A stretch of 64,000 nt of DNA, taken from positions 1,600,001-1,664,000 of the forward strand of contig CAVSLV010000001.1 in NCBI GenBank assembly GCA_963728915.1, written 5' to 3'. Below the pieces are notes generated by a model. That model was not told where the DNA came from. It made no database searches and worked only from the letters and a program-made list of their open reading frames with translations. Positions 31,375 to 41,300 of the stretch are shown here, piece by piece. The stretch's first letter is position 1. Every line of letters starts with the position of its first letter. Position numbers and translations under genes: made by a program. The stretch is from an uncultured Gemmatimonadales bacterium. Lineage in GTDB: Bacteria; Gemmatimonadota; Gemmatimonadetes; Gemmatimonadales; GWC2-71-9.

Positions 31375-33062
31375 ACCGCTGCCGGTCGAACGTCCACCCC
31401 GGAATCGGCCGGCAAGTCGGTGGGACGCCAGGTTTGCACAATCCGGCCGTAATCCAGTTTGACGACCCGATCGCCCAGGTGGAAATAGCGATCGTCGTGG
31501 GTGATCACGATGATGGTCTTGCCTCGCGCCTTGAGGTCGGGAAGCAGCCGGGCGTAAAAAACCTCCCGGTAAGCGGGATCCTGATCGGCGGCCCACTCAT
31601 CGAAGACGTAGAAGGGGCGATCCTCGAGGTAGGCGGTCAACAGCGCCAGGCGGCGGCGTTGCCCCTGGGAGAGCGCCGTCGTGGAGAGCACCCCCCGCTC
31701 GATCGTCACCTTGCGATCCAGTTCGAGAAGGTGGAGGTAATCGCGGGCTCGTCGATCGAGCTCCTCGTGACCGCCGGCCACTTTGTCGAACAGGTAGAAG
31801 TCGGAAAAGACCACGGAAAACTTCTCGCGGTAACTGTCCAGGGTGCTCTGATCCACCACGGCTCCGTCGAGGAGAATCGTCCCGGCATCGGGTGGGTAGA
31901 GACCGGTGAGCAGCTTGACGAAGGTCGATTTGCCGCTGCCGTTTCCGCCGATCAGAAAAACCAGTTCATTGGGCTCGACGCTCAGATCCAGCGGACCGAG
32001 GACGAATCCCGCCTCGCCCCCTTCCGGGGCGTCATAGACGAAGCGTACTCCCCGGAATTCGATCCGCGCGCCGTCCGACGCTATCTGCGCCTGGGGCACC
32101 ACAGCCTCGGACGCCGTCGCGAGAGACAGCCCGAGGGAGTGGATCCGATCGAACGCGGCCTGGCCTCGCTGAAAAACCGGCAGCGCGCCCAGCAGGCCCC
32201 AGATCGGAGTCATCGCGAAGAGCGCGACGAAGAGGTAGCCGGTCAGGGACTCGATTGGCACATTCTGGATGGCGGGAAGCACGAAAAGCATGCCCCCGAC
32301 GATCCCGAAGAACACGACCTGGGCCCATCCGTCTCCCACGAGATATTGATACGTCGCGACGAGGTTGAGCCGCCGGAGCCGGGTCGCGCTCGCCATCACG
32401 TCCTGCTCCAGTACCTCGCGCCGCCGGACGCGGCTCATCTTGAGCTCCTTGATGCCGTCGGTGAGCACCCGGAAGTGTCGAAACAGGGTGTCCCGTTCGG
32501 CCCGGGCCGCCACCACGGCCTTGAAGGCCCGACGCATGAGAACCCGGTAACTCAACCCTCCGATCAGGCCGAACAGACCGAGCAGCACCGAGGCGCGCCA
32601 GGAGAGGGTGGCGAGGTAGACCAGGCAGCCCACCAGAATGGCGCCGCTAGTGATGACCGAGGGGATGGCCTGCAGCGCGCTCGCCATGATCACGACGTCG
32701 TCGGTCAGCGTGGTCAGAATCCGGGCGGGTCCGAGTCGCTCGAGAGTGCGGAATGGAGTTTCGAGAACCTCCATGGCAATGTCTTCGGTGAGCTGGAGCA
32801 CCGAGCGCTGGGCGAACCGCACGACCAGGAGCTGGGCCAGCAGGTTGCTGGCGATGCGGACGACCAGAATGAACAGAAACAACGGGACCAGGCGGGCCCG
32901 CTGGGGAGCATGAATCGCCGTATTGAGCAGAGCGATGATCGCGGTGCTGGCCAGTCCGCTCAGGACCCCGACAAGCGTGACCATCAGAACGCTTCGCCAC
33001 GCCGTTCGGAGGAGGAACCGAAGGAGGGTCACGGACTTTCCGGCAGGGCTTCCTCGATCCAT
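31371..33062 (-). CDS. cyclic peptide export ABC transporter (PvdE/SyrD/YojI type, fused TMD-NBD)
   Basis: About 6 TM, DGIKELKM, GGNGSGKST, VVFSDFYLF, LSQGQRRRL, FDEWAADQDP, ITHDDRYF. Confidence 0.93.
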   Translation of the reverse strand: MDRGSPAGKSVTLLRFLLRTAWRSVLMVTLVGVLSGLASTAIIALLNTAIHAPQRARLVPLFLFILVVRIASNLLAQLLVVRFAQRSVLQLTEDIAMEVLETPFRTLERLGPARILTTLTDDVVIMASALQAIPSVITSGAILVGCLVYLATLSWRASVLLGLFGLIGGLSYRVLMRRAFKAVVAARAERDTLFRHFRVLTDGIKELKMSRVRRREVLEQDVMASATRLRRLNLVATYQYLVGDGWAQVVFFGIVGGMLFVLPAIQNVPIESLTGYLFVALFAMTPIWGLLGALPVFQRGQAAFDRIHSLGLSLATASEAVVPQAQIASDGARIEFRGVRFVYDAPEGGEAGFVLGPLDLSVEPNELVFLIGGNGSGKSTFVKLLTGLYPPDAGTILLDGAVVDQSTLDSYREKFSVVFSDFYLFDKVAGGHEELDRRARDYLHLLELDRKVTIERGVLSTTALSQGQRRRLALLTAYLEDRPFYVFDEWAADQDPAYREVFYARLLPDLKARGKTIIVITHDDRYFHLGDRVVKLDYGRIVQTWRPTDLPADSGVDVRPAAV

Positions 33063-36000
33063 CCTCGCAGGACTTCCGCGAGCCGGTAGACATGGGGGAC
33101 CTGATGGACCTGTCCCGAGTCCTTGGCTGGAATGCGAACCACTTCAGAGGGGCCTGCCGCCAGGGCACGCCAGGTCAATCGAGGATCTCTTTCGCCATCG
33201 ATCAGAGGACGATTCAAAACCAGACGGAGCGAACCGGGGTAAGGCCTGGGGACATAGTGGGCGGCCGCGAACCGGTTACGGAGGATGACGAGATCCCGAT
33301 ACAGGGCGTCCTTGTCACCACGATAGACGTCACCGGTTCCGATGATTTCGGTGAGGACCCCGGCCTTTTTCCGAAGATATCCAAGGCTCTCGCGGAAGGG
33401 CCGACTCCGGATTTCCCGGTAGTACCGGCCAATGCCATCGCGCAGAAACTGAACCCGCTGCACAAAGGTCGACCGGTAGCGGTTTCGCAGGCGGGTCGTC
33501 GGTGGCCAAGTCTCGATCATCACCAGCAGAGAGGTCGTTTCGGAACTCTGGAGCAGCTGCTGGGCAAGCTCGTAGGCCACCACCCCACCGATACAGACCC
33601 CCGCGAGGAAGTACGGGCCTCGGGGCTGGACCCGGCGTATTTCTCTGGCAAAATTGGCGGCGATCTCTTCAATCCGGTCGAGGGGTTCGGCCTCGGCATC
33701 CAGCCCCACCGAGCGGAGGCCGTACAACGGCTGGTTCGACCCAAGCGCCCGGGCCAGCGGGCCGTAGCTGAGGATTTCTCCGCTCAGCCCAGGAATCACG
33801 AACAACGGCGGCCTCAGCCCATGCGGCTGGATCGCGGCCACCCGCGCCGGGGCTCGCGAAGACCGGACTACCGGACTCTCCGCCGAGGAGCCCGCCTGCA
33901 CCTCTGCCAAATGCTCGGCGATCCCCCGCACGGTCTGATGGCGAAAGAGATCCACCACCGATACCGTAGCGCCGGTGGCGGTTGCCAGCCTGCGTTGCAG
34001 CTGCAGCAGCAGCAGCGAGTGGCCACCCAGATCGAAGAAGTTGTCTTCCGCGCTCACTCGTTTCACGCCCAGCAACTCACTCCAGATCGTTGCCACCGTG
34101 CTCTCGAGGCCTTCCGCGGGCGGCACAAACAGACCTGTGCCGGCCGACAATCCATCGGGCGCGGGCAAGGCGGTACGATCCACCTTCCCGTTCGCGGTCA
34201 GGGGGATCGAATCGAGCCAGACAATCGATGTAGGAATCATGTGCTCGGGCAGCCGCTGCCGCATCATGTCGCGCAGGCCGTGGGCAGACACGGAGCGCTC
34301 GTTGGCGGGGACCACATAGGCCACCAGACGACGGTTGCCGGGTTGATCCTCCCGGGCGACGACCGCCGCGGCGCCCACATCGGGATTCGCCAAGAGAGTG
34401 GCCTCGACTTCCCCGGGTTCGATGCGGAAGCCCCGGATCTTGAGCTGATCATCGAGCCGGCCCAGAAATTCGAGAATCCCTTCCGAGCGCCAGCGAACCC
34501 GATCTCCAGTCCGGTAGAGCCGTCCGCCCCCCGAGGGGGCGAAGGGGTCCTGAATGAATCGCTGGCTGGTGAGCTCAGGGGCGCCGTGATATCCCCGGGA
34601 AACCGGAACACCGCCGACGTACAGCTCTCCGGCGACCCCAATGGGGACCGGTTGCAACCGCTCATCGAGAACGTACACCCGGGTGTTGCCGATGGGACGG
34701 CCAATCGGGACGATCGCGCCGCGGTCGCGATTATCACAGGTCCAGGTTGTGACGTTGATGGTGGTTTCGGTGGGGCCGTAGGTGTTGACCAGGGCGGTTC
34801 CCAGCTCGAATTCACGGCAGCGGGCGAAGAACCGGGTTTCCAGGGCGCTGGGCAGTGCTCCACCACCGCAGAATACCCGACGGAGCGTGGTGCAGGATCC
34901 GAAGGCCGGAGCGTCGATGAAGAACCCGAGCATGGAGGGGACGAAGCGGGTCTGGGTGATCTTGTTGCGAAGAACCAGGGCGGCGAGCGCGGCCGGATCC
35001 CGGAGGTCCTCCGATGGCGCGATGACCACCGTCGCCCCCGAAACCAGGGGCCAGAAGAGAGAGCGAATCGAGACATCGAAGGAGAAGCTGGTGGTATGCA
35101 GGATCCGGTCTTCGGGCTTCAGGGGAAAACTCGACCGCATCCAGGCGATGAAATTCGTGAGACCGTAGTGCTCGACCACGACCCCCTTGGGCTTTCCGGT
35201 CGATCCCGAGGTGTACAGCATGTAGGCCGCGTGAGACCGGTTGGAGGAGACCATGGGACTGGTGTCGGGCTGGGCGGCGATCAGCTCCCGGTCGCCCTCC
35301 AGGGTCACCACGCGGCACCCCAGATCGGCAAACTCCCCGGCTTCAAGCCCCGGGAGGACGAGCACGCCGAGACCCGCGTCCTCGATCATGAACCTGAGTC
35401 TTGCGACCGGATTGTCCGGGTCCAGGGAGACAAAGGCGGCCCCGGCCTTCAGGATACCCAGCAGGGCGACCACCAGCTCGGTGGAGCGATCGAGGCAGAG
35501 GCCGACCCGGGTTTCCGGACCCGCACCCAGCGCAATCAGATGATGGGCAAACCGGTTGGCGGCCGCGTTCAGCTCCCGATAGGTGAGCGCGGTGTCGCCC
35601 ATCTGGAGCGCGGGAGCGTCCGGAGTGTGAGCGGCCTGGGCCTCCACCACCTGGTGCACCGACTGATCGAGCATGGGGTCATCGAAGGTCGTGTGGTTCC
35701 ACTCATGGAGGACCCGGTGCCGTTCCGATTCGGTGAGCAGGGGCAGTTCCGAGACCCGCCGCTCCGGCCCTTCCACCATCGCCGTGACAATCCGGAGAAA
35801 GTGCGCGGCCATCCGCTGGAGAGTCGCCGGCTCGAAGAGATCCCGGTTGTACTCGAAACAGGCGGACAAGTCGCCTTCGCCGTCGGTCACGATGAGGCTC
35901 AGCTCGAAGATCGCCCCCGCGCTGATAATGTCGTAGCCTCCGCTTCCAGGCGTGTTATGAAAGACGAACGAAGCCTGGAACAGCGGTGAGCGCGCCAGGT

Positions 36001-37246
36001 CGCGGTCGGTTCGGACCTGCTCGACGATCTTCTCGAAGGGGTACTCGGCGTGCTCCTGGGTTTCCAGCATGTCGGCATGGACCCGCCGGATGACGGTGCG
36101 CACGCCGGGGTCGTCGGCCAGGTTCACCCGGAGCATCATGGTGCTCACGAACATGCCGATCATGGACTCGAGCTCCACTCGAGTGCGATTGGCGACCGGC
36201 GTACCGATGACAATCGCCCCCTGTCCGGAGTATCGGTGGAGCAGGATATTGAAACCGGCGAGCAGGGCGCTCGAGAGCGTCGCGTTGTTGCTCCGCCCCA
36301 GGGCGCGAAGCCCCTGGGCCACGGTCGCAGGGACCGGGAAGACGTGCACCGCCCCTCGCGATCCGAGCTCGGGTGGGCGGGTAAAGTCGGTGGGGAGATC
36401 CAGGGGCGCGAGCGGCGGCGCCAGCTTGGTGCGCCAATAGCTCTCGTGGTGACTCTGATCGCTTTCCTCGAACTGGCGACGAACCGCGTACGCGTAGTCG
36501 GCGTACTGCCACTCCAGCGGCGCCAGGGGCACCTCCCTCCCGAAGTGCTCGGCCACATACAGCGCACGAAGCTCCCGGACCACGATGCCGAGCGACCACC
36601 CATCGGCGATGATGTGATGGAGGACCATGAGGAATCGGGCCGAGGTTCCGGTCCGGATCAGAAGGGCGCGAACCGGTGGCGCGGCCTCCAGCCGGAAAGG
36701 CCGCTGCACTTCCTCCCGCTCGATCTGGGCTGCGGCGGCGGCCATGGCCGCCTCGTCCCCATCAGGAACAATTTCGACCCGGACGGTTGGAAGGATCTTG
36801 GTGACTTCCTGGACCGGCACCCCATCCAGATTGGGAAAGGCGGTCCGCAGGATGTCGTGACGCCGGGCGAGCAGCCCGAGGGCCCGCTCCAGGACGGCCG
36901 GATCGGGAGCTACCGGGAGAGGAAGGTGAAGCCCGAGGTTGTAGGCGGGATCATCCGGGTTCAGTTGATGGAGGAACCACAGCCGTTGCTGAGCGAAGGA
37001 AAGAGGACGCGGCGCATGGGGGGGAACTCGTCGGAGATGGAGCTCAACCGGTGACTGGCCGAGGCGGAGGAAGGAGACGATCTCCGGTTTTCGTCGCGCG
37101 ATTTCGGCCCGAATCTCCTCACTGAGGACTCCTTCCGGGGCCGAACACGCCAGCGCATCTCCGTTCAAGGAGATTCGGATCCCTTTGCCGGCGAGCTCCC
37201 GCAGGAAGGACACAGTCTTTCGTTCCAACCCGGATGTCGCTGTCAA
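33029..37246 (-). CDS. single-module terminal NRPS: docking domain-C-A-PCP-TE
   Basis: TubC-type N-terminal docking (GIRISLNGDALACSAPEGVL), LSFAQQRLW, HHIIADG, YTSGSTGKPKG, YGPTE, YRTGD, KIRGFRIE, NGKVDR, LGGHSL, TE GVCIG. Confidence 0.96.
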   Translation of the reverse strand: MTATSGLERKTVSFLRELAGKGIRISLNGDALACSAPEGVLSEEIRAEIARRKPEIVSFLRLGQSPVELHLRRVPPHAPRPLSFAQQRLWFLHQLNPDDPAYNLGLHLPLPVAPDPAVLERALGLLARRHDILRTAFPNLDGVPVQEVTKILPTVRVEIVPDGDEAAMAAAAAQIEREEVQRPFRLEAAPPVRALLIRTGTSARFLMVLHHIIADGWSLGIVVRELRALYVAEHFGREVPLAPLEWQYADYAYAVRRQFEESDQSHHESYWRTKLAPPLAPLDLPTDFTRPPELGSRGAVHVFPVPATVAQGLRALGRSNNATLSSALLAGFNILLHRYSGQGAIVIGTPVANRTRVELESMIGMFVSTMMLRVNLADDPGVRTVIRRVHADMLETQEHAEYPFEKIVEQVRTDRDLARSPLFQASFVFHNTPGSGGYDIISAGAIFELSLIVTDGEGDLSACFEYNRDLFEPATLQRMAAHFLRIVTAMVEGPERRVSELPLLTESERHRVLHEWNHTTFDDPMLDQSVHQVVEAQAAHTPDAPALQMGDTALTYRELNAAANRFAHHLIALGAGPETRVGLCLDRSTELVVALLGILKAGAAFVSLDPDNPVARLRFMIEDAGLGVLVLPGLEAGEFADLGCRVVTLEGDRELIAAQPDTSPMVSSNRSHAAYMLYTSGSTGKPKGVVVEHYGLTNFIAWMRSSFPLKPEDRILHTTSFSFDVSIRSLFWPLVSGATVVIAPSEDLRDPAALAALVLRNKITQTRFVPSMLGFFIDAPAFGSCTTLRRVFCGGGALPSALETRFFARCREFELGTALVNTYGPTETTINVTTWTCDNRDRGAIVPIGRPIGNTRVYVLDERLQPVPIGVAGELYVGGVPVSRGYHGAPELTSQRFIQDPFAPSGGGRLYRTGDRVRWRSEGILEFLGRLDDQLKIRGFRIEPGEVEATLLANPDVGAAAVVAREDQPGNRRLVAYVVPANERSVSAHGLRDMMRQRLPEHMIPTSIVWLDSIPLTANGKVDRTALPAPDGLSAGTGLFVPPAEGLESTVATIWSELLGVKRVSAEDNFFDLGGHSLLLLQLQRRLATATGATVSVVDLFRHQTVRGIAEHLAEVQAGSSAESPVVRSSRAPARVAAIQPHGLRPPLFVIPGLSGEILSYGPLARALGSNQPLYGLRSVGLDAEAEPLDRIEEIAANFAREIRRVQPRGPYFLAGVCIGGVVAYELAQQLLQSSETTSLLVMIETWPPTTRLRNRYRSTFVQRVQFLRDGIGRYYREIRSRPFRESLGYLRKKAGVLTEIIGTGDVYRGDKDALYRDLVILRNRFAAAHYVPRPYPGSLRLVLNRPLIDGERDPRLTWRALAAGPSEVVRIPAKDSGQVHQVPHVYRLAEVLRGWIEEALPESP

Positions 37247-37340
37247 CAGAAGAACTCCGAGTCCACGGTCACCTCCGAAGCACTTCTAGCCGTGCAGTTC
37301 GAGATCGACCAACCCGCTGGAATGGAAGGGGTTGTCATAG

Positions 37341-37402
37341 TGTAGCGATAATCCATCAGTTGCGTAGCAATGTCGCAACACCAGTGACATTCCTCGCACA
37401 AC
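37341..37402. promoter_or_regulatory. array of putative enhancer boxes in the NRPS / TEII-PKS divergent region
   Basis: 18-mers at exact 22-bp spacing: 37341 TGTAGCGATAATCCATCA, 37363 CGTAGCAATGTCGCAACA, 37385 TGACATTCCTCGCACAAC; shares TGTCGCAACA-N3-GTG(T/A)CATT with 28074-28094. Confidence 0.55.
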
Positions 37403-37599
37403 CATCAATGGCTCAGCTGACATGCTTCTTGCGATGATCACCAATATATAATGTTCAATTAGGCCCTCTCTGGTGCATGGACCGGGCCGCCCTTAATTCG
37501 ATTTGAGGCCGTCGGCTCGCGGTTCCCTTGCCACGCGGGTTCACATCGTCACGGGTTCTATCGGGGAGGTCCAGGGCCTTGGTCGAGGGGGAGAATCCG

Positions 37600-38370
37600 T
37601 TGTCGACATCGATGGCGACGCCATCAACACCGTGGATCCTTGAGGGCCAGCCCGGTCAGCCTGCCTGGCCGCAGCTCTTCTGCTTTTCGCATGCGGGTGT
37701 CGGCGCCACATCCTATCGAACCTGGCAGGCAGCCGCAGGGAAGAACCTCTCTATCACCCGAATCCAGCTTCCGGGCCGGGAGAACCGCATTCGCGAACCC
37801 CTGTTTGATTCCATCCCGCCTCTGGTCGCGGCCCTCGTGGAAGCGCTCGCTCCTCGGTTGTCCAGGACCTTCGCGTTCTTCGGGCAAAGCCTGGGAGCGA
37901 CGCTCGCTTTCGAGACCGCCCGGGCTCTCAGGCAAGCCGGGGCCCCCATGCCCCTCGCGCTGGGTGTCGCGGCGGCGCGCGCGCCTCAACTTCCCTGGCC
38001 GCACCCTACTATTCGGCATCTGGAGGACATTCCTCTCCTCGGGGAAGTCCAGCGCCGATACGGTTCGATTCCTGCCGTAATGATGGAGGATCGCGACCTC
38101 CGCGAGGTCCTGCTGCCCACGTTGCGCGCCGATTTGACGATGGTGGAAACCTACCAGTATCAGGATCAATCACCCTTCGATTTTCCCATCGTGGCCTTCG
38201 GGGGAGAACAGGACCACATGGTGACCCGGGCCGAGGTCGCCGCGTGGGAAGGGCAGACCACCGGCCGGTTCCGACTCCGCTTCTATCCGGGCGGCCATCT
38301 CTTCTGCTCCGAGGAGGCGGCCTCGATTCTGACCGAGATGCGGAGCGTCATGGGACTGGACGCCGCGTGA
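37600..38370 (+). CDS. type II (editing) thioesterase
   Basis: LFCFSHAG, IQLPGRENR, GQSLG nucleophile elbow, LPTLRAD, PGGHLF; start is likely TTG 37600 or ATG 37611. Confidence 0.92.
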   Translation: MSTSMATPSTPWILEGQPGQPAWPQLFCFSHAGVGATSYRTWQAAAGKNLSITRIQLPGRENRIREPLFDSIPPLVAALVEALAPRLSRTFAFFGQSLGATLAFETARALRQAGAPMPLALGVAAARAPQLPWPHPTIRHLEDIPLLGEVQRRYGSIPAVMMEDRDLREVLLPTLRADLTMVETYQYQDQSPFDFPIVAFGGEQDHMVTRAEVAAWEGQTTGRFRLRFYPGGHLFCSEEAASILTEMRSVMGLDAA

Positions 38371-41300
38371 GCTCCGGCCCCATCGCGATCGTCGGGATTG
38401 CCTGCCGGTTTGCCGGGGGGATCACGAACGTCGAGAGTTTCTGGAAGACCGTCCTCCTCGGAGTTGACGCGATCGGGGAGATCCCCGCCGATCGCATGAG
38501 GGTGGACTCGCTGTACGACCCCAATCCGTCGACTCCAGGGAAGATGATCACGCGCTGGGGCGGGTTCCTTGACCGGATCGACGAATTCGACGCCGAGTTT
38601 TTCGGGATTTCCCCCCGGGAAGCGGAACGGATGGATCCCCAGCAGCGCATTCTCTGCGAGCTCGCCTGGGAAACCGTGGAGGATGCCGGGATCGATCCAG
38701 ACCAACTCGAGGGACGGCGGGTCGGGGTCTACATCGGTCAGTGGACCGGCGACTTCGAGAGCCGGCTTTTCGCCGAATCGTCCCAGGTGGACTTCCTGGC
38801 AACGCAGGGGACTGGCCGATACGCGACGTCGGGACGGCTCTCCTACGTCCTCGGGCTGCGAGGCCCCAGTCTCACGATCGATACCGCCTGCTCCTCGTCT
38901 CTGGCCGCGGTGCACCTCGCGTGTCAGGCGATTCGCTCCGGGGACTGCGAGGCCGCCCTGGCGGGCGGGGTGAACCTCATCCTGCAGCCCGAGATCACGG
39001 TGGCCTACTCCCAAGTCCGGATGATGGCCTCCCGGGGACGCTGCCGTTTCGGGGACGCCGACGGGGATGGATACGTTCGGAGCGAGGGCGCGGGGCTGGT
39101 GCTGCTCAAGCCACTTTCCCGGGCGGTCCTCGATGGGGACCGGATCTACGCGGTGATCCGCGGTTCGGCGATCAACAACGACGGCCGCAGCAGCGGCGTG
39201 ATGGGAAGGCCAAGCCAGGTGGGCCACGAGGAGATGCTCCGCTCGGCCTATGCCGCCGCCGGGGTGCCCCCCGCCAGCATCGGGTATGTCGAAGCCCATG
39301 GCACCGGGACCCGGGCTGGAGACCCGGTGGAAGTTGCCGCGCTCGCGAGCGTTCTCGGGAGCGACCGATCCCCTGCCCAACCCGCATGGGTCGGCTCGAT
39401 CAAGACGAACTTCGGTCATACGGAAGCGGCTGCGGGCGTGGCGGGGCTCATCAAGGCTGCCCTCGCGCTCTATCGCGAAACGATTCCTCCGAGCCTTCAT
39501 TTCGATCATCCCAGTCCGCTGATTCCCTGGCAGGAGATTCCCCTCCGGATTCCCCGAAGCGCGGTTCCCTGGCCGCGTGGGCATGCCCCTCGACTGGCGG
39601 CGGTCAACTCCTTCGGCATCGCGGGCTCCAACGCGCATGCCATTCTGGAGGAAGCACCAGCTCTGACCTCCACGCCGAACCCTTCGAAAGACGGCCCCGT
39701 CCTTCTAGTCCTCAGCGCACGGAGTGAACCCGCGCTCCGCGAGCTCGCCGGGAGATACGCCCAGGCTCTCCCAACCAGTCCACCCGGCCTTCGGGATTTC
39801 TGCGCCTCCGCAGCTCTGGGGCGCGCCGCCCTCTCCATCGAGCGGCCTTTGTGGCCGAATCGGTTTCCGAGTTGCAAGATCGTTTGGAGCGGTTTGCCCG
39901 CGGAGAGGGGGCGGCCGCGGATGCCGGAGGCGTGGTGACGGATGAGGCGCGGATCAGACGAATCGGTTTCGTCTTTCCCGGGCAGGGATCGCAATGGCTG
40001 GGCATGGCGCGGGAGCTTCTGGCCAGCTCAGCGGTCTTCCGGAGCTCCATGGAGGCCTGCGAGCGGAGCCTCGGGTCGAAGGTTGCCTGGTCGCTTCTCG
40101 ATCTCCTCGGCAATCCGCACAACGCGGACTGGCTCGAGGACATCGCGATCGTTCAGCCGGTCCTTGTCGCGGTCGAGATTTCCCTTGCGGCGGTGTGGGA
40201 TTCCCTCGGTATCACGGCGGAGGCCCTGGTCGGTCACAGCATGGGCGAGATCGCGGCGGCTCAGGCTGGCGGAATGCTCTCGCTGGACGATGCCATGACG
40301 ATCGTCTGCGCGAGGAGCGCCCTCATGAATCGGCTTCGCGGTGCGGGCGGAATGGCGGTGGTGGAGCTCTCGGCGGAAGGGGCCGCCGAGAGGATCGCCC
40401 CTCACCGGAAAACGCTCACCATTGCCGCGGAGAATGCGCCGCGCTCGACCGTCGTCAGCGGAAGCCCTCAGGCCCTCGATCGTCTGCTCGCGTCCCTCGA
40501 AAGCGAGGCGATCTTCGCTCGCCGGATCAAGGTCAACGTCGCTTCCCATGGTCCCCAGATGGATCCTCTGGTGCCCGAGCTGGTGGACCGGACTCGGGAC
40601 GTCACTCCCCGGAACGGAGCGGTTCCGCTCTACTCGACCGTGACGGGGACTCGTCTCGCGGGCGCCGCCATGGACGCCTCCCATTGGGGCCGGAACCTCC
40701 GGGAGCCGGTCCGGTTTCGGCAGGCGATCGCGGCGATGGTCTCCGACGGAATCGACGCATTTCTCGAAGTGAGCCCGCATCCCATCCTGCTTCCCGCCAT
40801 GGAGGAGCTGGCCCGCGAGAGCGGCAGCAGGGTCCAGACCTTCGCCTCGTTGCGGCGCGAGGATCCGGAATGGCGGTCCTTGCTGGCCACCGTCGGCGCT
40901 CTCTTTTCCGCCGGATACCCGGTCGATTTCTCCCGGCTCTATCCCGGAGAACACACGCGGGTGGCACTTCCGCTCTACCCCTGGCAGCGACAACACTATT
41001 GGGCCAAAGAGGCTGCGCTCCGAGATTCGGCCAGAGAATCAGACCCAGCGCCTGAACCCGACCCCTCCGCTCGTGAGTGGCTGTACAAGCTCGAGTGGCG
41101 GTCCCACCCGATCGAGGCGGGACACCCAGTTCGGCCGGCGTCCTGGCTGGTGGTAGGGGACCAACCCCTCGCCCTCGAGATCACCCGGACCCTCCGCGAT
41201 GCGGGTCAGGCGGCCGAGATCACGACGCTCTCGGCGCTCGAGCCAGCGCTTGGGGGCATCACCGATCCGAATCTCCAGATCGTGGTGATCGCCCCCGAAT

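Noticed and set aside
37429..37460. TATAAT at 37447-52 as a sigma-70 promoter
   Set aside because: The nearest -35-like hexamer (TTGCGA) is only 12 nt away; it may be just an AT-rich bending site, so it is not supportable
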